Source of the DNA: Colwellia polaris
Lineage (GTDB): Archaea; Nanohalarchaeota; Nanosalinia; Nanosalinales; Nanosalinaceae
DNA: 64,000 bases
Assembly: GCA_047617785.1 (NCBI GenBank)
Contig: JBLGBK010000001.1
Coordinates: 1 to 64,000 of the forward strand
Direction of reading: 5' to 3'
Shown: piece after piece, positions 56,578-64,000 of the stretch
Position numbering within the stretch: the stretch's first letter is position 1
How the letters are laid out: each line of letters opens with the position of its first letter
Notes under the pieces: model-generated
What the model saw: the letters and a program-made list of their open reading frames with translations, nothing else
Databases searched by the model: none
Told to the model about the DNA's origin: nothing
Position numbers and translations under genes: made by a program

Positions 56578-57933
56578 ATGTCAACCAGCGGAAGCGGAAG
56601 TCCAGGATCTAGCAGCACAGGAAGCTCCGGATCCTCATCATCAATAAACCTAACAAGAAGAAAAGTACTTGGCGGGATCGGTGCAGCAGGCGGCGCAGCA
56701 GTCGGAGGATGGCTACTGTCTCGAGATTCAGATATACCAGGATATGAAGATCAATCGGAATTCGACGAACACACAAGAGTTCTTCAAGAAGCTGAGAAAC
56801 AGCTAGCAGAAGTAAGTAATGAATACGATAATATTCAGAACAAAGAGCTAAGCGATCTGCTTCAAGGAGAAACAATGCGTGTAGGCCAGTCAACAGAACT
56901 GAACAGCACCAACTTCTTCGATGCAGACAGTCATGACCTGACTTATTCTGAGAACCCCTCATCCACAGGAGGAGAACTACCTAACGACGTAGTCCAAGAT
57001 CCTGCGTACATGCTATCCTTCGAAGGAGAAGGAAGCACATTCGAGATAGTAAACGGTGATGGAGACACAGAGGCATCAGAACAGCGATTTACGGCCTTTG
57101 ATGGAACAGACATAGGCCTGGACTTCGAGAGCGATATTGTTGAAGAATACGGGATGCAGATTGAAAGCGACATAGAAGCAGCTCAGAACGCATTTAAAGG
57201 CGCACAAGGCGCAAGAGTGATGGTTCCAACAACACTCTCAACTCAACAGCCAGTAGTCAATCCGGCGACACTTGAATCAGCTCTAGACGATATAGAGGAA
57301 CTCGAAGAAGATCTAGAAAACACCTACGAAGAAGCAGTAAGCAAAGGAATGGAAATCGACCAATACCAGAATGAACTAACAAACGGTCTCGAAGATGCAG
57401 AAAAGAGAAAAGGAGTCTTCGGAGTCAGCGCATTCGGTGGCGGCGTAGAAGACAAACAACAGGCAGAACAGCTACTCGAAAGAACTAACGAACTCAACAC
57501 CGAGTACCAAGACTTCACCACCAATGTTGCAGCCAACCTTGCTGAAACCAGAGTAATGAAGGAAGCAGTAAGCAGAGCTTACAACCGATCTGAAGAGATT
57601 TTCAACAATTCAGAGTACAGCAGCATCTTCCAAGAAGTCGAAGTTGAAGGAGAAGACATGACCGGAGTCAAGCTCGGCGAAGTTAGAAACTGGGATTCAA
57701 TCGACAACCAAGCAATGGGCGACGACAACTATCTCCAAGGCGAAGCTGATGACCTAGGACTAGATGCAAACGAAACAGGAAAAATGGTCGTAGTCTACGA
57801 TGGAGAAGATACTTATCTCGCTAACCCAGAAAACGGCGAGTACACAGAATCACACCTACCAGACGGACCTGACGGTCAAGATCTGTTCGAAGACATCAGC
57901 GACGGCGTCTACGACGGATCACTTGAAGGCTAA
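56578..57933 (+). CDS. Acidic coiled-coil protein with twin-arginine signal
   Basis: Ser/Gly-rich leader, then TRRKVLGGIGAAGGAAVGGWLL. AGGTGA SD upstream. Confidence 0.75.
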   Translation: MSTSGSGSPGSSSTGSSGSSSSINLTRRKVLGGIGAAGGAAVGGWLLSRDSDIPGYEDQSEFDEHTRVLQEAEKQLAEVSNEYDNIQNKELSDLLQGETMRVGQSTELNSTNFFDADSHDLTYSENPSSTGGELPNDVVQDPAYMLSFEGEGSTFEIVNGDGDTEASEQRFTAFDGTDIGLDFESDIVEEYGMQIESDIEAAQNAFKGAQGARVMVPTTLSTQQPVVNPATLESALDDIEELEEDLENTYEEAVSKGMEIDQYQNELTNGLEDAEKRKGVFGVSAFGGGVEDKQQAEQLLERTNELNTEYQDFTTNVAANLAETRVMKEAVSRAYNRSEEIFNNSEYSSIFQEVEVEGEDMTGVKLGEVRNWDSIDNQAMGDDNYLQGEADDLGLDANETGKMVVVYDGEDTYLANPENGEYTESHLPDGPDGQDLFEDISDGVYDGSLEG

Positions 57934-58010
57934 ACACCTTCACTCTACTTTTTCTTTTTTACGTGAATAAAACAAAATAATCTCTATCACAGCGCGGTGA
58001 AAAAATACTA

Positions 58011-61000
58011 ATGAAAAAACAAATTCTAACAATTCTAACAGCACTCCTTTTCGTAAGCAGTGCAACAGCAGCACAACTAACGGTATATCTAGAAGATAGC
58101 GGAGGCAGCCCTGTAGAACAGGGAACAATTACAGTTGAAGGTATAAACAACAATTTCTACGAAACAAAAGATACTGGCGACGACAGCTACTCCAGCTTCT
58201 TTGACCTCCCTGCAGGAGAAAAATACCAGATTTCAGCAGAAACAGATACATTATCAGGATCTACCGAGAGCGTGGTTAACGATGGAGATGGCGTAACGTT
58301 AACACTTACCGACGACGGGAGCGGTGGAGGAGATCCTGGAAACGAGGGTGATGTATTCAGCATCACAGAAGTAACAGCAAGCAATTTCGAGCCAGAGAAA
58401 GGTGAGGAAACAGAGCTTAGAGCAAATATACAGAACAACTGGGATACTCAGGAAGAAACAACAGTTCAATGGTATGCGGTCGGTAATGGTGAAGAAATTA
58501 ATCTAGGAAGTAGAGGCAAAGACATACAAGGAGGAGAAACAGAAACTCTTAGAAGATCAATATCATGGCAGCAACTAAAAGACAAAGGGCTAGAAGTAGG
58601 AAACAAATACGATCTCAAAGCAACAGCAGCAGACAATACAGGAGAAATCATAGATGAGAGAACAGGAGATACTGCTTACATTGAACTTCAGCCGTACGAA
58701 CTAGCAGATCTTAAGGTTTACGTAGATGATGAAAACGGAAATACGGTTAATGACCCAAAGGTAATCGTAAGCAGCGCAACTTTTTCAAAGACTATAGATA
58801 ACCAAAACAACCCTGAATTCGAAAATCTGGAACCAGGCTCCTACGGAATTGACGTTGAAAAATCCGGCTACCAGACTGTAGAGAGAACCGTAGAGCTGGA
58901 ATCGGGTCAGAACGAGGAACGCTTCACTCTTGAATCAACTGATAGCAATAACCCTGTAGAGATATCGGAATATGGTGCAGATTATCGTGGTTCCGGAAAA
59001 GTGCGTTTCAATCTGAAACTGAACCAGGACGTAGATAATGATTACAGCTGCAGAGTAAGCGAAAACAACCAGATTACAGAACGTGATACACAGGAAAACA
59101 ATGGCGGAATCATGGAAAAAGTTTCAGGAAGCAACAAACGTTTCAGAGTCGATCTATACTTCGAGGAAGGAGACTACACTCGATACCTAGGCTGCATGAA
59201 TGAGAATGGCGAACAGATTACAGACGCCAAAAAAGTAGAATTCTCAGTAGATTTAGATGATGACATATCTGTTTCACCAAACTACCCAATCAACAACGAC
59301 GAAGTCGAGAACCCTGTAGAATTCTCATGGAATGTAGACAACTCCCAAAACATTGATCTTGAATACGATCTTGAGATAACAGATGATAACGGAGACACCG
59401 TAGAAACAGTAGATGGAATAGATGAAACCACTCATACATTAGATAATGACCTGAAAACTGGAGATTACGAATGGAGTGTAGACGCAATTGATAACAACGG
59501 AGATGTAAGAGATAGTTCAAGCAAGGCCTCATTCAAAGTAGTAGACGATAGCGAGTACGAACTTGAAGCAGATTTCGACTACAGTCCTTCCAGTCCTGAA
59601 GAAGGCGAGGCAGTAGAGTTTGAGTCAACTAGTTCCGGAGATATAGAGGAATGGAACTGGGACTTTGACGATGGAAACGTTGATGAAGGAGAGACCGTAA
59701 CACATACTTTCGATGACGAAGGAGAGTACCTTGTTGAACTTGAAGTTGACGACGGAGAAAACACAGATACAGAGACAAAGCTTGTTGAAGTAGGTCAGCA
59801 AGCCGGTGCATGTAATATTGACGTCGGCGATCTGCATGTTGATCCGGAAAAGATTCCTACTGGAGCAGAAAGCGAAGTCTCAGTAACAGTAGAGAACAAC
59901 GGACAGGAACAAGATATCGTAGTAACCTTCGAAGTCAACAGCGATGAACATAGCGTAGAAGAAGACACTCTGGAAAGCGGAGAAACAGAAGAATACAGCA
60001 TAACAATAAGTCCTGAAGACGATGTTGGTCTCCGAGCAATAGTTGAAACTGATGGCAGCGGCGACAATCCTTGCAGCTACTACAGATGGGATCGAACGGA
60101 CTACCTACCCGTCTACCAGGCTGGTACGAACAACGATGCAACATTCAACTTCAACGTTGAAGATGATGATGGCGACGAACTTGAAAACGTTAGAATAAGA
60201 GGAGAAAATGGAGAAACTTTCACACGTTACACAGATGATGATGGTGAAGCTTCAGCTGACGTTGAAAGAGGTACATACGAGATAACAGCATCCAAACCAG
60301 GCTATGAGTCAGAGACAAAGACACGGACAATCGATAGCGGAGAAACAAAGACAGTTGACTTCACACTTGATAGAAAAGAAGATGCAGAAGACATCGGAGA
60401 ACTATCAATACTGACAGAAGACCTTGACGAAGAACCTATCGAAGATGTACAGATAACCGCAGAAAATGGAGATGATGAAACAGAGTATACTGACGAAAAT
60501 GGTAGAGCATTCTTCTACCTAGAAGAAGGTGACTACACAGTAACAGCAGAGAAAGACGGCTACCACACCCAGACCAGAGATGTAGAGATCGAGGCCGGTG
60601 AAAGAACTCCTGTGCTGTTCAAGATGACAGATGAAGACGAGGACAGCGTAAGGATAACCAACCTCGATTATTCCGATACAGTATGTAGAGGAGACACGCT
60701 AGAAGTAACAGTCTCAATAGCAAACAGCAGAGATTCCGATGAACTAGTAACCTTCCGGGGAGAAGGATTAGGATCAGACTCTAAAAGAAGCGTAGTCACT
60801 AAGAAAGGAGAGACAATAACTCGAATAATGAGATTCACAAACGTACAGGGTTCAGGCAACCAAGATTTCACAATATCAATCGATAACTCTGTACACGACT
60901 TACAGACAGGAACAGTTGAAGTAGAACGCTGCGGATTCGAAGAACCAGATCAGGAGGCCACCGGATTAACAGCCGAAGTAAGTCCACGAACCGTTCAAGT

Positions 61001-61832
61001 CGGCGAAACAGTCAGAGTACAAGGATTTGTCGATGGTATCAGAGGTTCAGCTGAAGTAAAAATTGAATCTAACGGAAACACTATTGCAAGAACCAGCACA
61101 GACAGATCCGGTTACTACTCAACCTACACTAGGTTCAACAGTCCTGGAACAAAGAATATTGAGGTAAGTTCAGGGGGGCTTACACGTTCAAGAACTGTTG
61201 AAGTACTTGCAACCGCAAACGTTGGAGGGATTTACTCTCCAAGACAGGTTTTCGAATCAGAAGAGTTCGAGATATGTGCAGACGTAAGTTCACAGGTTCA
61301 GGCAGATGTAGTACTGCTCAGAAACGGAGAAGTAATCGAATCAAAGAAAGGTAACGGTCGCGTATGCTTCACTACAGAAGCAGGTGAACCGGGAACAGCG
61401 ATTTACGAAATTAGAGCTCTAACAAGCGGAACAGGAGGAAGCTCAACTAAAAGCATCGAAGTGCTTGAGCAAGGTAACGAGGTCGAAAGCTTCCCTGATC
61501 AGTTAGCATCTGTTGAATCCGGAGGGAGTATAGCACGTGTTGAACTCTACAACACAAATGATGATCTGAGAACTTACGATTTAAGTCTTTCAGGTATCGA
61601 TGAGAGATGGTATTCGCAATCAGACGATACGGTGAAGTTGAGCAGTGGTGAGAGAGATACTGTTTACTTCTATCTGACACCACGAGCAGAGGGAGAGTAC
61701 CGGCCAACTCTGAGAGTAGATTCGAATGGAGAGACAATCTACGACAATGAGATAATCCTTGAAGCAGAAGGAACAGATAGACCGCAGAGGGTAGGACTTG
61801 TTCAAAGGATTATTCGTTTCTTTACTTGGTAA
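58011..61832 (+). CDS. Large secreted multi-Ig-domain surface protein (PKD, PEGA/carboxypeptidase-regulatory-like, CARDB-like)
   Basis: Sec signal ...SATA|AQ, PKD motif WNWDFDDG...HTF, and repeated GxYxxxxxKxGY motifs. Confidence 0.85.
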   Translation: MKKQILTILTALLFVSSATAAQLTVYLEDSGGSPVEQGTITVEGINNNFYETKDTGDDSYSSFFDLPAGEKYQISAETDTLSGSTESVVNDGDGVTLTLTDDGSGGGDPGNEGDVFSITEVTASNFEPEKGEETELRANIQNNWDTQEETTVQWYAVGNGEEINLGSRGKDIQGGETETLRRSISWQQLKDKGLEVGNKYDLKATAADNTGEIIDERTGDTAYIELQPYELADLKVYVDDENGNTVNDPKVIVSSATFSKTIDNQNNPEFENLEPGSYGIDVEKSGYQTVERTVELESGQNEERFTLESTDSNNPVEISEYGADYRGSGKVRFNLKLNQDVDNDYSCRVSENNQITERDTQENNGGIMEKVSGSNKRFRVDLYFEEGDYTRYLGCMNENGEQITDAKKVEFSVDLDDDISVSPNYPINNDEVENPVEFSWNVDNSQNIDLEYDLEITDDNGDTVETVDGIDETTHTLDNDLKTGDYEWSVDAIDNNGDVRDSSSKASFKVVDDSEYELEADFDYSPSSPEEGEAVEFESTSSGDIEEWNWDFDDGNVDEGETVTHTFDDEGEYLVELEVDDGENTDTETKLVEVGQQAGACNIDVGDLHVDPEKIPTGAESEVSVTVENNGQEQDIVVTFEVNSDEHSVEEDTLESGETEEYSITISPEDDVGLRAIVETDGSGDNPCSYYRWDRTDYLPVYQAGTNNDATFNFNVEDDDGDELENVRIRGENGETFTRYTDDDGEASADVERGTYEITASKPGYESETKTRTIDSGETKTVDFTLDRKEDAEDIGELSILTEDLDEEPIEDVQITAENGDDETEYTDENGRAFFYLEEGDYTVTAEKDGYHTQTRDVEIEAGERTPVLFKMTDEDEDSVRITNLDYSDTVCRGDTLEVTVSIANSRDSDELVTFRGEGLGSDSKRSVVTKKGETITRIMRFTNVQGSGNQDFTISIDNSVHDLQTGTVEVERCGFEEPDQEATGLTAEVSPRTVQVGETVRVQGFVDGIRGSAEVKIESNGNTIARTSTDRSGYYSTYTRFNSPGTKNIEVSSGGLTRSRTVEVLATANVGGIYSPRQVFESEEFEICADVSSQVQADVVLLRNGEVIESKKGNGRVCFTTEAGEPGTAIYEIRALTSGTGGSSTKSIEVLEQGNEVESFPDQLASVESGGSIARVELYNTNDDLRTYDLSLSGIDERWYSQSDDTVKLSSGERDTVYFYLTPRAEGEYRPTLRVDSNGETIYDNEIILEAEGTDRPQRVGLVQRIIRFFTW

Positions 61833-61835
61833 AAT

Positions 61836-61860
61836 CATCGCTGGTTTTGAGCCAGCGGTG
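61836..61860 (+). terminator. Hairpin immediately after the stop codon (terminator or mRNA stabiliser)
   Basis: CATCGCTGGTT-TTG-AGCCAGCGGTG forms an 11-bp stem with 2 GU pairs. A T tract follows about 6 nt later. Confidence 0.55.
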
Positions 61861-61920
61861 GTTAAATTTTTTCACTACTACAAATTGATATAAAAGATTT
61901 ACTCGATGTGTTATTAACAC

Positions 61921-63678
61921 GTGACAATTATGAACTCGAAAAGTTCCAAACTTGGAATACTATTCGCACTATTAACTCTTACAACAACAATGGCTGCAGC
62001 CAGTCCAGCCGAAATGTACATATTCCCTGGCGAATCTGACGTCAGAATTGATTCATTTACAGAATACGAGGTAGAACTTGAGAACACAGGAACCACAGAG
62101 GACGTTTACAGCATTTCATCATCTAGCTCCGAAGTCACAGTTGAACCTTCGAGAGCACCTACCGAAGGCACGTTAGCTCCGGGCGAAAGCACAACACTTA
62201 ACGTCTGGTACAATCCAGACACTGACAGAGAAGCCGGAGAGCATTCTTTCACTATTGAGGCCAAGTCACGTGCCTCAGGCGAGACATATACCGTACAAGG
62301 CATAGCAAACGTAATTAGAGGTCACGACGTAGCAATTACTGGCTCTGCAAGCAAGGTCGCTTGCCTCGGAGAAAAGGCTCAATACCAGTTCACAGTAGAG
62401 AACCGTGGAATGCAGCCTGAAGAATTCCAGCTAACAACAGAAAGAGGAGAGATCTCTCAGAGCAGAGTAAACCTTCAGGAAGGAGAATCGAGAACAGTCA
62501 TAGTGACAACTTCTTCAAAAAGCGAAGTCGACACAAACTTCAACGTAATAGCTGCATCAACAACCAGTTATGCACAGAGCATAAAGACTGTTAACTTCCA
62601 GGCAGAGACCTGCTACAATTCTGAAGTTAGCGTAACACCTCAGAACCGAGAGACAGCTGCTTACACAGAAGCAGAGTATGATGTAACAGTTAGAAACCTT
62701 GGAACAAAAGCAGACACATTCACACTTTCAGCTTCCAACGGCGACTTCAGCAGCAACCAGATAGAAGTCGGTGCAGAAAGCACGGAGACAACCACGCTCA
62801 GATACACACCAACAGAACTCGGATCACAGAGCATCAAAATAACTGCAGAAGGACTTTCAACAAGCAGTCAGACAGTACAGCTTGAAGCTTACAACGGAAT
62901 GGAAGTAGACACTTCCTTCAGTCAGAGCAGCTACACAGTCTGCGAGAATGAAGAAACAACTGCAGAAGCACAAGTTACAAACACAGGAGAGGCAACAGAC
63001 ACATTTACTCTATCAACAAACAAAGGTGCACTTCAGACAGAAGAAGTCGAACTAGCACCAGAAGAAACAGAAACAGTAGAAATTGACTTCAGCGGAAACA
63101 ACTATGAAGAAGGAAGCAGCACAACTGTAAACCTAGAAGCAGTTTCACAGACATTTGAAGAAACAAGCAGCACCTCAGAAACATCTCTCAACGTAGAGAA
63201 CTGCTGGGATCTAAAGATGAACGTTGTACCAACAGTACTGAGCGCAGGAGAGAACCGAAGCGCAGTATTCGAAGTCAAGCTGGAGAACACAGGTACAAAA
63301 GAGAACACCTACGCATTAGATCACGAAGGACCTGACTGGGTATCAGTAAGACCTGAAGAAGTAACAGTAGCAGCAGGAAAGACTGGAACAGCATATATCT
63401 ACGCAGGAATCCCTTACGAGAAGAAAGGACAGGTTCAGATCACAGCGGAAGCAGTAGGAACAAACGTCACAGAATCAGAAGACGTAACACTTGTAGTAGG
63501 TAAAGAAGTAGAAGATGCAATCCGGAACGGAGAAAACAAAGTAACAGGCTCGTTCACACAGAACCTCTCTGACACGGTCAAAAAACTTGGAAACTCCAGC
63601 TCACTGGTCAAACTGCTCGGAGCAATCCTAGCAGGGCTACTTCTCACAGGAATCATCCTTTACCGGGAAACCCGGTAA
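61921..63678 (+). CDS. Membrane-anchored surface protein with about 5 Ig-like repeats (COG1470/NEW3-like)
   Basis: Signal peptide, repeated NxGxxxDxF/YxL...GES units, and a C-terminal TM helix with basic tail. Confidence 0.85.
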   Translation: MTIMNSKSSKLGILFALLTLTTTMAAASPAEMYIFPGESDVRIDSFTEYEVELENTGTTEDVYSISSSSSEVTVEPSRAPTEGTLAPGESTTLNVWYNPDTDREAGEHSFTIEAKSRASGETYTVQGIANVIRGHDVAITGSASKVACLGEKAQYQFTVENRGMQPEEFQLTTERGEISQSRVNLQEGESRTVIVTTSSKSEVDTNFNVIAASTTSYAQSIKTVNFQAETCYNSEVSVTPQNRETAAYTEAEYDVTVRNLGTKADTFTLSASNGDFSSNQIEVGAESTETTTLRYTPTELGSQSIKITAEGLSTSSQTVQLEAYNGMEVDTSFSQSSYTVCENEETTAEAQVTNTGEATDTFTLSTNKGALQTEEVELAPEETETVEIDFSGNNYEEGSSTTVNLEAVSQTFEETSSTSETSLNVENCWDLKMNVVPTVLSAGENRSAVFEVKLENTGTKENTYALDHEGPDWVSVRPEEVTVAAGKTGTAYIYAGIPYEKKGQVQITAEAVGTNVTESEDVTLVVGKEVEDAIRNGENKVTGSFTQNLSDTVKKLGNSSSLVKLLGAILAGLLLTGIILYRETR

Positions 63679-64000
63679 TCAATTTTTCTTTCTACATTCT
63701 CTTTATCTTCTTTCCTTATCACTAAACTATCAACTAGGCAAGACTAGAACTAGGTAAAGACACTTAGTCCTTAGAACCAACTCTTTGAAGTATAGAGAAC
63801 CTATATAGAAATAGAAGAGTCCTCTGAAGATGTGGATGCCTCTAAGGGAAAATAGCTTATTGTTCACAAACAACAATAGACTGTTAGATACATCAAGAAG
63901 ATCTAGTTTATCTAAAATACCTAGGATAAAAGAAGAAAAAAGAAAAGTCCTGATTATCGTGGTTGTACCTCGACCACTAGACTATCACTAATGTAGTATC

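Noticed and set aside
366-63656. Many Ser/Phe/Leu-rich antisense ORFs in the track
   Set aside because: They are mirror frames of Glu/Asp-rich genes (GAA read as TTC/TCT) and overlap well-supported CDSs.
1-64000. CRISPR arrays, rRNA, IS elements
   Set aside because: No regularly spaced repeats, rRNA-like tracts or transposase ORFs seen.

Overview
Gene-dense archaeal chromosomal window. The very acidic proteome, moderate GC (judged by eye, clearly below haloarchaea), compact genes and DPANN-like gene set point to a Nanohaloarchaeota-type halophilic symbiont (inference). Bases 1-31 kb are mostly housekeeping: pgk, glyS, endA, rnhB, argS, dys, topoisomerase VI, RIO1, aIF-1A, NMD3, aEF-1B, fen and gpmI. 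There are five tRNAs (iMet, Leu-CAA, Phe, an intron-containing Asn, Arg-GCG). A decayed ~1.9 kb islet at tRNA-Arg carries a Fic gene, an att-like repeat and a probable integrase stub. Bases 31.4-52 kb form the most striking locus: a type IV pilus/T2SS-type ATPase and platform protein, 13 pilin-like genes (3 missed by the ORF track, one 729-aa member with a glycine-zipper hairpin), five proteins sharing one membrane module, several coiled-coil proteins, Gly/Met-tailed micro membrane proteins and an ATP-grasp ligase. After dph5 and trm5 come a cluster of twin-arginine-motif acidic proteins and two large Ig-like surface proteins. My leading hypothesis, not proven from sequence alone, is a host-contact or protein-delivery apparatus with candidate cargo.
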